Source: an uncultured Gemmatimonadales bacterium (GTDB lineage: Bacteria; Gemmatimonadota; Gemmatimonadetes; Gemmatimonadales; Gemmatimonadaceae). Taken from it: a stretch of DNA of 64,000 nt. The stretch lies in NCBI GenBank assembly GCA_963850905.1, contig CAWKMU010000003.1, positions 3,520,001-3,584,000 of the forward strand, in the 5' to 3' direction. The notes beneath the pieces were generated by a model. The model was given only the letters and a program-made list of their open reading frames with translations. It was not told where the DNA came from and did not search any database. This document shows positions 51,389 through 64,000 of the stretch, one piece after another. Position numbers and translations under genes: made by a program. How positions within the stretch are numbered: the stretch's first letter is position 1; each line of letters opens with the position of its first letter.

Positions 51389-52777
51389 ATGTGTGGCATT
51401 GTCGGCATCTACGGACACCCCGACGCCGTGGAACTGACGCGACTCGGGCTCTACTCCCTCCAGCATCGCGGGCAGGAGTCGGCTGGGCTCGTCGTCGGTC
51501 GACGGCGAGGGACAGGCCTACGCCGTATCGTGCGCTCGGCCTCGTGTCCGACGGCCTCGATGACGGTGCGCTCGGGCCGATCAGGGGACCCATCGCGATC
51601 GGTCACACGCGCTACAGCACCACGGGATCGACAACCATCGAGAACGCGCAGCCGGCGCTCGCACGGTTTCGCGGTGGACACATCGCGCTGGCACACAACG
51701 GCAACATCACCAACGCGAGCGAACTGCGGATCGCGCTCGAGGACCGGGGCTCGATCTTCAACTCGACGATGGACTCGGAAGTCCTCGTCCACCGGCTCGC
51801 GATGTCGGCGGCCGACACGCCGGCCGACAAGCTCGCCGACGCGCTGCAGGGAGTCGAGGGCGCATACTGTCTCCTGATCTCGATGGGATCGACGCTGCTG
51901 GCCGCGCGAGACCCTCGCGGATGGCGACCGCTCGTGCTCGGGTACGCTCGACGACGCGACGGTGATCGCATCGGAGACGTGCGCGCTGGACATCATGGGC
52001 GCTCGCTACCTGCGCGAGATCGCAGCCCGGGGAGATCCTCGAGCTCTCCGCCAACGGGACGCGTTCGATCTCTCCGCTGCCGCCACTACCACTGCACCGA
52101 TGCGTGTTCGAGCACGTCTACTTCTCCCGGCCGGACAGCATCGTGTTCGGTGGCTCGGTGGAGGCCGCTCGGCGAGCCCTTGGCCGGCGGTTGGCCCAGG
52201 AGTGCCCCGCGCCCGGGGCCGAGCTCGTGTTCAGCGTCCCGGACTCGTCGAACTCGGCGGCGCTGGGGTATGCCGAAGCGTCTGGGCTGCCTTTCGAGTT
52301 CGCGCTCATTCGGAATCACTACGTCGGGCGAACGTTCATCCAGCCCACCCAGGCGGGCCGGGATGCCAAGGTCAAGGTCAAGTACAACGCGGTCCGGACC
52401 TTGCTGGATGGCAAGCGAGTCGTGATGGTCGATGACTCGATTGTCCGCGGGACGACGACAAGGGGCCTGGTGAGCATGATCCGCGTCTGCAGGCGCGCGC
52501 GAGGTGCATATGCGTGTGAGCTCGGCGCCGATCACCGGCCCGTGCTATTACGGCATCGACACACCCAATCGCGAGGAGCTGATCGCGGCGAACCTGACCG
52601 TCGATGAGATCGCGCCAGGACCTCGGTGTCGATTCCCTGGGATACCTGTCGCTGGAAGGCATGCTCGAATCGGTCCCGCAGGGTCCCAAAGGATTCTGCC
52701 ACGCGTGCTTCTCGGGCGACTACCCCACCCCGCCTCCGGCCGACCCGGATAAGCTGCGTTTCGGGTGCGGTTGCTGA
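51389..52777 (+). CDS. purF: Amidophosphoribosyltransferase, multiple frameshifts
   Basis: [54 protein letters not shown]-terminal [11 protein letters not shown]. Confidence 0.93.
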
Positions 52778-52796
52778 GTTAGCCCACTCCTTGCAA

Positions 52797-55551
52797 GTGG
52801 CGGCTCACGTGCCGGCCAGCGCTCTCGCGCCCGTCATCACCGATCGCGCGACGCCTCCCGCCTCATCGCGGCTGCGTCTACTCGTTCGCGCACGGACGAC
52901 GCCGACGGCACTCGCGACATGCGTGACGTGCTGGGTGGCAAGGGTGCCAACCTGGCCGAGATGACCAACCTGGGGATTCCCGTACCGCCAGGCTTCACCA
53001 TCGCGTGTGCAGCATGCGTGGAGTACCTGGCCACTGGAGCCGAGCCCGCAGGATTGCGAGACGAGGTCGACGCGGGCCGTCGCCACGCTGTCGGAGGTGA
53101 CCGAGCAAGCAGCTTCGGCTCGCCCGTGGCGCCCCTGCTGGTGTCGGTTCGGTCAGGAGCGCCCGTCTCGATGCCGGGGATGATGGAAACCATCCTCAAT
53201 CTCGGACTCAACGACCGGACCGTGCATCGGCACTCGCCAAGGCCAGCGGGAATGCACGATTCGCGTACGACTCGTACCGTCGGTTCCTGCAGATGTTCGG
53301 CGAAGTGGTGCTCGGCGTGCCGCACGACCAGTTCGAGTCGCTCCTCAAGGCAAAGCGACTCGTCTCCGGCGCGACGTCACGAGGCCGAGTTCGACGAATC
53401 CGCACTCCGGAACCTCGTCGAGGAATACAAGATCGCTCATCCGCCGGACGACGGGTGCCGAGTTTCCCGTCTGACCCCGCGAGCCAGCTCTGGGGCGCCA
53501 TCGAGGCGGTGTGGCGGTCATGGACGCTCCGAAAGGCCGTCGATTATCGACGCGTCCATGCCATTCCCGACACGCTGGGCACGGCGGTCAGTGTCGTTGC
53601 GATGGTATTTGGCAACCTGGGAAACGACTCCGGGACAGGCGTCGCCTTCACGCGCGACCCCTCGACGGGTGAGCGTGTGTTCTACGGCGAATTCCTGGTC
53701 AACGCCCAGGGTGAGGATGTCGTCGCAGGCCTCCGCACGCCGCTGCCGATCGCGGACATGGCCGCTCGACTCCCGGGGGCGTACGGGGAGCTCGAGGCGA
53801 CCCAGCAGCGACTCGAGCGGCATTTCCGCGACATGCAGGATCTCGAGTTCACCGTCGAGCGGGGTCGACTCTACCTCCTGCAGACGCGGACCGGCAAACG
53901 CACGGCGGCGGCCGCCGTCCGCATCGCGCGCGACATGGTCGCGGAAGGGCTGATCGACACGGCCGAAGCCGTACGCCGTATTCCTGCCCACCAAGTCGAT
54001 CAACTGTTACACCCCGTCATCGATGTGGGTGTGCGGGCGACACCGCTCTGTCGCGGATTGGCAGCGAGTCCGGGCGCGGCGAGCGGCATCGCAGTCTTCG
54101 ATCCGGACGTCGCCGCGCAACGGGCAGCGGGTGGCGAGGCGGTCGTCCTGGTCCGCGACGAGACCACGCCGGAGGATTTCCACGGCATCGTCGCCGCCCG
54201 TGCCATCATCACGGCTCGTGGCGGAATGACGAGCCACGCGGCCGTCGTGGCGCGCGGTATGGGCAAATGCGCGGTCGTCGGGTGCAAGGACCTGCACATC
54301 GACGAGGGTCACCGCCGGTTCCAGGTCAACGGGACGACGGTCCAGGAGGGAGACTGGCTCACAGTCGATGGCGCCACCGGCGCGGTCTACAGCGGCGCGT
54401 TGCCCACCGTCCCGAGTGAAGTCATGCGCGTCGTCACCGGGTCACAGCGCGCGGCCGATGCGCCGCTGTACCAGGCGTTCGCCAGCGTGCTCGAGTGGGC
54501 CGACGCCGTCCGCCGCCTTCGCGTCCGGGCCAACGCCGACACACCCCGTGACGCGCGCATCGCGCGAGCCTTTGGGGCAGAGGGGATCGGCCTCTGCCGC
54601 ACGGAGCACATGTTCTTCGAAGGGGATCGGATCACCGCCATGCGCGAGATGATCGTCGCGCGAGACGTGGCAGGCCGACGCCGTGCACTCGCCAAGCTGT
54701 TGCCCATGCAGCGTTCGGACTTCGAGGCGATCTTCGAGGCGATGGATGGCTATCCGGTCACCATCCGTCTCCTGGACCCGCCGCTCCATGAATTCCTGCC
54801 ACACGGCGGCGAGGAGAGCCGACATCTGGCGGAGACGCTCCAGCTCAGCCAGCAAGAGCTCGGACGCATCGTCGACAACCTGCGGGAAGTCAATCCGATG
54901 CTCGGCCATCGCGGATGCCGCCTCGGTATCACCTATCCCGAGATCACGGAGATGCAGGCGCGGGCGATCTTCGAAGCGGCGGTGCGCACTTCCCGGCGCG
55001 GCATCGACGTGCGGCCCGAGATCATGATCCCGCTCGTCGCGACCGACCGCGAGTTCCTCCACCAACACGGGATCATCACGCACGTGGCGGAGCAGGTGCT
55101 TGGCCCAATGGGCATCGCCGTTCCCTATCTCATCGGCACCATGATCGAGTTGCCGCGCGCCGCGCTCACGGCCGATCAGATCGCCGCGTCGGCGCAGTTC
55201 TTCTCGTTCGGGACGAACGACTTGACCCAAACGACCTTCGGTCTCAGTCGCGATGATGCCGGACGCTTCTTGCCGGAGTATCTCGAGCTCGGGATTCTGG
55301 CCGACGACCCGTTCCAGGTCCTGGATGAACGCGGCGTCGGAGCACTCGTGTCACTCGCGGTCACCGCCGGCCGTCGCGTGCGCCCCGATCTCAAGGTCGG
55401 CATCTGCGGCGAGCACGGAGGCGACCCCCGATCGGTGGGCTTCTGCCACCGCATCGGCTTGGACTACGTCTCCTGCTCGCCGTTCCGCGTGCCGATCGCG
55501 CGGATCGCGGCGGCCCAGGCGGTATTGGGGGAGCACGCGTCGGGCGACTAA
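52797..55551 (+). CDS. ppdK: Pyruvate, phosphate dikinase, frameshifts in the 5' part, start approximate
   Basis: LGGKGANLAEM, SVRSGAPVSMPGMM, GGMTSHAAVVARG, GLCRTEHMF, FGTNDLTQ, GICGEHGGDP. Confidence 0.95.
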
Positions 55552-55556
55552 CCCTG

Positions 55557-55696
55557 ATGGGCGGCCTGAAGGCCGCCCCTACATGCTGCTGCGGGCAGCA
55601 CGCCATCTGCATTCGTCCACGACACACAGCGAATGTGGGGCGGTGTCATCGCACCCCCGCGCCGACATGTAGGGGCGGCATTCATGCATGCCGCCC
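55557..55696. repeat. REPIN/BIME-like element, second copy
   Basis: 29 nt identical to 2685-2713, then CGCCGACATGTAGGGGCGG as at 2791-2809; 140 bp long, between convergent genes. Confidence 0.8.
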
Positions 55697-55720
55697 ACAT
55701 CTAGCGAACGATGACGGAAT

Positions 55721-57359
<1,639 letters not shown>

Positions 57360-57404
57360 CTAGCGAGGAAACAGAAAGGAGAGCGCGGTTCTCGGCGCGG
57401 TGAC

Positions 57405-58208
57405 TCATGGCCCCGCCGGACCACCCAAACGCTGTGTCTCCTCTCTCCGTTCACCGTTCTCCTCTCCATTTTCGCCCACCGTGGGGGCGAAAATCCCGTA
57501 CTCTCGCTCCAGCAGCTCCGCCATCCGCGTTCGCACGGTGCCCGAGAGCGCGTCCCGATCATCGTACGTGAGACCCGTCGTGGGCACTGGCTCGAGCACG
57601 TGCACGTCGATCACGCCGCGACGGATGCGCCAGGATCCCTTGGGCATGACCTCCATCGAACCGTGGACCACCACGGGGACGACCGGGACACCGGCCGCAA
57701 TCGCAAGTACGAAGGGACCCTTCTTGAAGGGGCGGAGCGCGTATGACCTTCCCCTCGTCCCTTCCGGGAACACGACGACGGCCCGCCCGGCGCGGATGAT
57801 GTCCGCGGCGGCGTTGTAGCTCGCGAACGCCGATTTGCGGTTGTCTCGCTCAATGGGCACGGTCCCGAGCGCGCGCGCGCCTGGGCCGAAGACTGGGATG
57901 CGCAGCAGCTCAGCCTTGGCAACAAAGGAGTACCGTGGGAAGGTGGCGGCGAGAGCGAACACGTCGTACCAGCTCACGTGGTTCGACGCGAACACCTGTC
58001 CGGCCGGCGGGCGCGCGATCCACTCGGTCCCATGGACTCGGACACGCACACCAGCCGCGCGCAGCATGGCGCCCGACCATGCGCGGGGGACCCACCACAA
58101 GATGCTTCCCGGGCGGTCCTCAACGTTGAGCAACGCGGCCACCACCGCCGCCACAGCAAATGGCGGCGTCAGGATCAGACCGGTCAGAGCAACGAGAAGC
58201 GTCCGCAT
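57405..58208 (-). CDS. plsC: 1-acyl-sn-glycerol-3-phosphate acyltransferase (PlsC family)
   Basis: NHVSWYD (HX4D), FPEGTRG, PFKKG. Confidence 0.9.
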   Translation of the reverse strand: MRTLLVALTGLILTPPFAVAAVVAALLNVEDRPGSILWWVPRAWSGAMLRAAGVRVRVHGTEWIARPPAGQVFASNHVSWYDVFALAATFPRYSFVAKAELLRIPVFGPGARALGTVPIERDNRKSAFASYNAAADIIRAGRAVVVFPEGTRGRSYALRPFKKGPFVLAIAAGVPVVPVVVHGSMEVMPKGSWRIRRGVIDVHVLEPVPTTGLTYDDRDALSGTVRTRMAELLEREYGIFAPTVGENGEENGERREETQRLGGPAGP

Positions 58209-58246
58209 CGCAAGTGTCAGCAGGAGCGCAGCGGCGCAACCCGCGC

Positions 58247-59248
58247 TTACGATGAAAAGTGGTTGTAGCTCGGCACGGGGTCAACGCGCTGGCCACCGAC
58301 GAACACATCGACCCCCGGTGCCCCCGAGGCGACGCGACCGATCTCCGTCAACGGTACGCGAAACTCACGCGCAAACTCCGCCGCATCGATGGCCTCTGGC
58401 GCCGTGCACGCCAACTCGTACTCCTCGCCGCTCGCGCCCGCCTCGACCGCCGAAATGCCCGGCCAGCGCGGAACCCGATCGAGCTCAATCGTGAGGCGCA
58501 CGCCGCTCGCCGCCGCGACGTGTCGCAAGTCCCCGATCAGGCCGTCGGACACGTCGATTGCGGCCGAGGCGCCATGCGCGGCAAGCCAGCGCGCCTCCCG
58601 CAATCGGGCCTGTGGCCGAGCGAATCGCAGTCGCTCCGCCTCCCCAGGCTCGTCGCCTCGCTCCCAGGCGCGAATCGCGACGAACGGCCCTCCCAAGGTG
58701 CCGGTGAGGTAAACATGATCTCCCGGCCGCGCTCCGTCCCTGCCCACTGGTCGCACAGCCGAACCGAGCACCGTCATCGTGATGACGAGAGCAGGCCCGG
58801 CGACCGTATCGCCGCCCACGATCGGCGCCTCCACGACCCGCGCCGCGTCGCCGATACCATCGGCAATCGCTGGTAGCTCGGCGACCCACTGCTGAGGGAC
58901 GGTGAGCGCCAGCACCGCACCGATCGGCGTCGCCGCGGCGGCGGCAAGATCGCTCCACGCGCCCATCGCCGAGCGAAATCCGATGTCCCGCGGGGTGAGC
59001 CAGGACGCGCGAAAATGGACGTCTTCGACGGCCGTGTCGGTGCTCACGACCAGCCGCTCTCCCGCGGGCACGTCGAGCACGCCACAATCGTTGCCCAGCC
59101 CGCGCGCGATCGCGCCCCACCGCTCGGTGAGTGCACGGATGAGGTCGAATTCGACGCCGGGCCCCAACGTGACATGCGACGGCCCGGTTGCAGGAGGGCG
59201 GGCAGCGTCGGCAACGACACCACCGCGAGGCCCGCGATGCGTCGTCAC
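58247..59248 (-). CDS. thiL: Thiamine-phosphate kinase
   Basis: EFDLI, STDTAVEDVHF, SDLAA, GGDT, IDVSDGL, GEEYEL. Confidence 0.92.
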   Translation of the reverse strand: MTTHRGPRGGVVADAARPPATGPSHVTLGPGVEFDLIRALTERWGAIARGLGNDCGVLDVPAGERLVVSTDTAVEDVHFRASWLTPRDIGFRSAMGAWSDLAAAAATPIGAVLALTVPQQWVAELPAIADGIGDAARVVEAPIVGGDTVAGPALVITMTVLGSAVRPVGRDGARPGDHVYLTGTLGGPFVAIRAWERGDEPGEAERLRFARPQARLREARWLAAHGASAAIDVSDGLIGDLRHVAAASGVRLTIELDRVPRWPGISAVEAGASGEEYELACTAPEAIDAAEFAREFRVPLTEIGRVASGAPGVDVFVGGQRVDPVPSYNHFSS

Positions 59249-60783
59249 GAGGGATCTCCAACAGCGGCGAGCTCGGCCAGAACCGGATATCGCGGCTGCA
59301 GCACCGGCGCGCTCCACACGTTGCCGAGCGCACCCAGCACGTCGTCGAGCCCGATGCCCCGCACGCGGCCCCCGCTCGCTGCGCCGGCCGCGGTCCCGTG
59401 CACCCATGCCGCGCATGAGGCGCTCGCGAACGGGTCACCGGTTTGGGCAAGCAGCGTCACGACGATGCCCGAGAGGAGGTCGCCGCTTCCGCCGGTGGCC
59501 AGCACGGGTGATCCGGTCGCGCTCACTCGGCGGGAGCCATCGGCCGCCGTCAGCACCGTGGGCACACCCTTGAGCAACACGGTCGCGTGGAGTTGCGCCG
59601 CCAGCGGCGTCGCGATGTCGAACCGTTGCTCGAGCACCCGCTCGATCGGTGCTCCGACCAGTCGACCGAATTCGCCGGGGTGCGGGGTAATGACCGTGGC
59701 CCGCTCGCCCAGCAGCTCAGCCAGTGCGGCGGGCCTGCCGGCAAAAGTGTTGAGGCCATCGGCGTCGATCACGGCCGGACGGCGGCACGAGCGAAGCACG
59801 CGTTCGATCACCGCGCGCGCATCGGTGCTCGTCCCGAGCCCAGGGCCAATCAAGACCGCGTCGGCCCACCCGTCGATCTCGCGCTGCACCGTGTCGTCAT
59901 CAACCGGCCACTCCTGCGCGAGCGCATGGTAGGCGGCAGTCTGCACCACTGACAGGTTCGCGCGAGCGACGAACATCTTCACGAGACCGATGCCGCTGGC
60001 GAGCGCCGCATGGGCGGCCAAGATCCCGGCACCCGCCATGCCTGGCCCAGAGGCCACGATCGCGATGCGTCGACGCGTCCCTTTGTTCGCGTCAGCTGGT
60101 ATGGCTGGCACGTGGGCGCGAACGAACGCACTATCGACGAGAACAGGAGCGCCGTCGGCCACCTCGGCATGGGCGCCGAGGCCGATATCCACGACGACAA
60201 TGTGCCCGCACGTCCCGCGAGCGATCGCAAGTCCGCGCTTGAGAGCGCCGAACGTAATGGTGAGGTCGGCCCGGACCGCGCCGTCGGCCGTACCACTGGT
60301 GGCATCGACGCCACTCGGGATATCCAGGGCCGCCACCTTGGCACCACGCGCACGGGCGGCGCGAATTGCACCGATCGCTTCAGCAATCGGCCCCCGAGGG
60401 GCGCCGGTCGAACCAGTACCGAGCAGGCCATCCACAACGATGGCCTCGTCGTGCTGGGGCGCCCCGTTCGTGAGCAGTGGCTCGGCTGCCGCTCGTTCCG
60501 CAGCCGCATCATCGGTGCGCGTAGGCGCGGCGATCGCCACCCGCACTGCCACACCGGCAGCAGCCAGCGCCGCAGCGGTCACCCACGCATCCCCACCGTT
60601 GTTCCCAGGACCGGCGTAGACCGCGACACCATGCGCCAAACGGTCGGGCCATTGGCGGGCGATCACGGCCGCCGCCGCCATTCCCGCCGCCCGCATGAGC
60701 GCACGGGACGGCACACCCGCGCCAATGGCGGCGTGGTCGCGGGCGGCACTCTCTGCCGCACTAACGACGCGCACGCTCGGCAC
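59245..60783 (-). CDS. nnr: Bifunctional NAD(P)H-hydrate epimerase/dehydratase
   Basis: GPGNNGGD, DGLLGTG, LDIPSG, IGPGLG, DADGL, TPHPGE, ATGGSGDLL. Confidence 0.93.
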   Translation of the reverse strand: MPSVRVVSAAESAARDHAAIGAGVPSRALMRAAGMAAAAVIARQWPDRLAHGVAVYAGPGNNGGDAWVTAAALAAAGVAVRVAIAAPTRTDDAAAERAAAEPLLTNGAPQHDEAIVVDGLLGTGSTGAPRGPIAEAIGAIRAARARGAKVAALDIPSGVDATSGTADGAVRADLTITFGALKRGLAIARGTCGHIVVVDIGLGAHAEVADGAPVLVDSAFVRAHVPAIPADANKGTRRRIAIVASGPGMAGAGILAAHAALASGIGLVKMFVARANLSVVQTAAYHALAQEWPVDDDTVQREIDGWADAVLIGPGLGTSTDARAVIERVLRSCRRPAVIDADGLNTFAGRPAALAELLGERATVITPHPGEFGRLVGAPIERVLEQRFDIATPLAAQLHATVLLKGVPTVLTAADGSRRVSATGSPVLATGGSGDLLSGIVVTLLAQTGDPFASASCAAWVHGTAAGAASGGRVRGIGLDDVLGALGNVWSAPVLQPRYPVLAELAAVGDPS

Positions 60784-60797
60784 GTTCGGGCGAGTGG

Positions 60798-60995
60798 CTA
60801 CTTCTGCGAGTGCGTGACGAGGCGACCGAAACTGATGTCGCCGTTGTCGATCCGGATGTTGAACCCACAGTCCGGGTTGCTGCACACCCACGCCTTGAAC
60901 GTGATCGGCGCGCCGTCGCGCCCGTAATCACTCAGTGGGACCAGCACACCTGCGCCGCACTTCTTGCAAGCCGGAAGTTCCGGAAATCCGGTCAT
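60798..60995 (-). CDS. Small zinc-ribbon protein (65 aa)
   Basis: CKKC...CSNPDC; ATGA overlap with the upstream gene. Confidence 0.7.
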   Translation of the reverse strand: MTGFPELPACKKCGAGVLVPLSDYGRDGAPITFKAWVCSNPDCGFNIRIDNGDISFGRLVTHSQK

Positions 60996-61378
60996 GCCTG
61001 TTGGGTGACATTCCAGGGGTAATTGTGCTCGAAGACCTCGTCGAATTCGAACACGCCGATGAAGTCGTCGCGAGTGTCCGACGGCTGACTGATCAGCAGG
61101 TTCAAGTCGACGAGCGTGAAAACAATATCGCCAATGTCGGCGGTCGAACGAATCCCCCAATGATCGAGAACGTGTCGTGCGAGGAGGCCGTAACGGTCGA
61201 GTGCGAGGTCCCGGCAGGAGACGGCGAGCTCACGTCCCCCAATATGGCGACGCTCGGTGAGGCGGGATTGGCAGAACTCGAGCGCGGCCAGCACGAACAG
61301 ATAGGCATGCTCGTGAAAGCGGCGCTCACGCAGCCGGATCTGATCCATGATGCCATCGCGAAACGCCAGTTCCGCCAC
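60992..61378 (-). CDS. Minf_1886-like hypothetical protein
   Basis: AYLFVLAAL..RRHIGGREL..YGLLARHVLDHWGIRSTADIGDIVFTLV..DTRDDF; family recognised from memory; GAGG RBS. Confidence 0.7.
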   Translation of the reverse strand: MAELAFRDGIMDQIRLRERRFHEHAYLFVLAALEFCQSRLTERRHIGGRELAVSCRDLALDRYGLLARHVLDHWGIRSTADIGDIVFTLVDLNLLISQPSDTRDDFIGVFEFDEVFEHNYPWNVTQQA

Positions 61379-61556
61379 CGCCTACCTCACTGCCTGAAGG
61401 TAACGGCGCGCAATGCGCCGCCTGCCCTGTCGCGCGCACACGCGGCGCCACGTGCACTCGACGAGTAGCAGCAGACCGCGGCAACCGTCCTCCGTGACAC
61501 CCGCGGCGCGGCAGAAACTACGCACCGGAACGCAGAACGCCAGGAGGGGGAGGTCA

Positions 61557-62849
61557 TTATGGCGCCGTCACATTGACGGTGGTCGTGTACAAGGGGAAGC
61601 TCGCGGCGAGCTGATGAACCTCCTCTCGCACCGCTTGCGCGACGCCGGCATCGGCAGGACGCATTAGCACGCGGTCGATCATCGAAGCGACCTGCACCAT
61701 CTCGGGCTCCCGAAGCCCCCGCGTCGTCACCGCCGGCGTCCCGATCCGGATGCCACTGGTCACGAACGGCGACTGCGTCTCGCGTGGCACCGTGTTCTTG
61801 TTGACCGTGATGCCAGCCAAGTCGAGGGCGCGCTCGGCGACTTTTCCTGTCAGCCCCTTCGACCGCAGGTCGACTAACATGAGGTGTGTGTCGGTGCCGC
61901 CGGCCACGAGTTGATAGCCCCGCGCGATCAAGGCATCAGCCAACGCCCGAGCGTTGGCGACGACCTGCCGGCAGTACTGCACGAAGCTCGGCTCTTGCGC
62001 CTCACGAAACGCCACCGCCTTGGCGGCGATCACGTGCTCGAGCGGTCCACCCTGCGTGCCCGGAAAAACCGCCTTGTCGATGGCCTTTGCGTGCACGGCC
62101 CTGCACAAAATGAGGCCCCCGCGGGGGCCTCGGAGCGTCTTGTGCGTCGTCGACGTCACCACGTCGGCGTGCGGCATGGGCGACGGGTGTACGCCGGTCG
62201 CGACGAGTCCAGCAATGTGCGCGATGTCGACGATCAGAAACGCGCCGACCTCGCGTGCGACGTCAGCGAACGTCGCAAAGTCGAGCGTTCTCGCATACGC
62301 ACTGGCACCCGCGATGATCGCACGCGGGCGGTGGGTCCGCGCCGCCGTCCGCAGGGCATCGTAATCGATGTATCCCTCGTCGGTGACGCCGTAGTGCACC
62401 GCATGATACAGCAAACCGGAGAAGTTGACCGGCGAGCCGTGCGTGAGATGGCCGCCCTGCGACAGGTCCAGGCCGAGGATGGTGTCACCCGGTTTGAGGA
62501 GTGCGAGATACGCCGCCGCATTCGCCTGTGCGCCAGAATGTGGCTGGACGTTCGCGTGCTCGGCGCGGAACAGCGCACGGGCGCGATCGATCGCGAGTTG
62601 CTCGATCTGATCGATGACCTCGCAACCCCCATAGTACCGTTTCCCCGGGAGCCCCTCGGCGTACTTGTTGGTCAGCGGCGAGCCCATGGCCTCGAGCACC
62701 GCGGGCGAGACGAAATTCTCGCTCGCGATGAGCTCCAGCCCATCGGATTGTCGTTCGATCTCTCGCTCGATGAGATGCGCGACCTCAGGATCGGTCTCGC
62801 TCAATGCGTCGCCGGGCAAACACCGGTCCCATTCGGACCACTTCAGCAT
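61557..62849 (-). CDS. glyA: Serine hydroxymethyltransferase
   Basis: [41 protein letters not shown]. Confidence 0.98.
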   Translation of the reverse strand: MLKWSEWDRCLPGDALSETDPEVAHLIEREIERQSDGLELIASENFVSPAVLEAMGSPLTNKYAEGLPGKRYYGGCEVIDQIEQLAIDRARALFRAEHANVQPHSGAQANAAAYLALLKPGDTILGLDLSQGGHLTHGSPVNFSGLLYHAVHYGVTDEGYIDYDALRTAARTHRPRAIIAGASAYARTLDFATFADVAREVGAFLIVDIAHIAGLVATGVHPSPMPHADVVTSTTHKTLRGPRGGLILCRAVHAKAIDKAVFPGTQGGPLEHVIAAKAVAFREAQEPSFVQYCRQVVANARALADALIARGYQLVAGGTDTHLMLVDLRSKGLTGKVAERALDLAGITVNKNTVPRETQSPFVTSGIRIGTPAVTTRGLREPEMVQVASMIDRVLMRPADAGVAQAVREEVHQLAASFPLYTTTVNVTAP

Positions 62850-62931
62850 GGCCGTTCCCGTCTCCTCTGTCACTCGCGTCGACCCAAATATGCACGACGG
62901 ACCGCGAAGCAACAGCGATCCAGCCTCTGGG

Positions 62932-64000
62932 TCACGCCGCGTATAGCTCTCGCGCGATCACCAGGCGCTGCACCTCGGAGGTGCCCTCGTAGATCTCTGT
63001 CACTTTGGCGTCGCGGAATAGGCGTTCTACTGGATAATCCGTGATGTAGCCGTATCCGCCGAAGATCTGGATCGCCTGCGTCGTGACCCACATCGCGGTC
63101 TCGCTGGCCGCCAGCTTGGCGATCGAGCTCAACTGAACGATCGGTTCGCCGCGATCCTTGGCCCCCGCCGCGGCAAAGAGCATCGCCCGCGCCTGCGTCG
63201 ATGCGCGCAGCCATGTCGGCGAGCTTGAATTGGATCGCTTCGAACTCGCGGATCGCCTTGCCGAACTGTTGTCGTTCGCCAGCGTATCGCACCGCGTGCC
63301 CGAGCGCGGCCCGGGCAATGCCAACCGCTTGGGCCGCGATCCCCAGACGCCCGTGCTCCAGCGACTGCAGCGCGTAAAGTAGGCCCTGATCAGATTCGCC
63401 AAGCAACCGATCGGCCGGTACGCGCATGTTGTCGAACATGAGCTGCACGGTCGGCGACGCCCGCAGCCCCATCTTGTCTTCCTTCTTGCCGACGCGGAAT
63501 CCCGGGAGATCCGGCGTGATGATGAAGGCCGAGATGCCCCGGTTACCCCTCCGTTGATCCGGAGTGTCGGTGCGGGCCATCGCGAGGATCACGCCAGCCT
63601 CCCCGCCCTGCGTCACCCACGCCTTCGTCCCATTGAGCACATACCCGTCGCCGTCGCGCACGGCTTGCGTCCGGAGCGAGGACGCGTCCGACCCGGCGTC
63701 AGGCTCCGACAGCGCAAACGCACCGAGTAGCTCCCCGCGGGCCATCGGTCGCAAGAACCGCTCACGCTGCGCCACGGTGCCATGCCGCAGGATCATCTGT
63801 GACGGCAACGAGTTGTGAACGCTGAGTAGCACCGCAGTCGATGCGTCCGCAGCCGCGATCTCCTCGAGCACGAGCAAATACGTCGTGGTGTCCAACCCGA
63901 GTCCATCGTCGCTCTCAGGAACCAGCATCCCGAGGAATCCGAGTTCGGCGAGTCGTGGCAGGAGGGATCGCTCGAAATGGGACGTGCGATCCCATTCGGC
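62932..64000 (-). CDS. Acyl-CoA dehydrogenase (5' end outside the window, frameshift near 63197)
   Basis: [58 protein letters not shown]. Confidence 0.92.

Noticed and set aside
49007..52777. purL and purF as true pseudogenes or programmed frameshifts
   Set aside because: Indels are scattered, lack slippery sites, leave motifs intact and also occur in unrelated core genes, so assembly error is more likely.
62850..62931. Riboswitch (ZTP/glycine/THF) upstream of glyA
   Set aside because: The gap is only about 80 bp and shows no recognisable aptamer consensus.

Overview
GC-rich bacterial chromosomal window. Gene content and order suggest Gemmatimonadota, but that is an inference and was not verified. 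It holds about 60 tightly packed, often translationally coupled genes: an ECF sigma/anti-sigma trio, rplU-rpmA, RNase E/G, RecQ, a U32 family protein, a B12-dependent acyl-CoA mutase/AtuA/carboxylase cluster, aspS-phoH-7TM-HD-ybeY, rlmN, panC/folK, a trp operon interleaved with signalling genes and split by an inverted lexA, truA-transaldolase-like-degP-pur/psd/pssA, ppdK, eno, thiL, nnr and glyA. No rRNA, tRNA, CRISPR array or transposase was seen. Many core genes carry single-base frameshifts, densest at 48.4-53.5 kb, which look like long-read assembly errors. Best leads: (1) two tandem direct-repeat boxes (YTTC-N7-GTTC) between lexA and trpC, a candidate lineage-specific SOS box; (2) a HEAT-repeat/HD-GYP gene pair sharing an unnamed N-terminal domain, embedded with GAF and MCP genes in the trp operon; (3) a mutase with the Phe/Gln isobutyryl-CoA-mutase signature beside AtuA, an MCC-beta-like carboxylase and a Gly-pocket acyl-CoA dehydrogenase; (4) a transaldolase homologue lacking its catalytic residues; (5) GTAG REP/REPIN-like elements, one inside a CDS, and G4-forming heptamer arrays.
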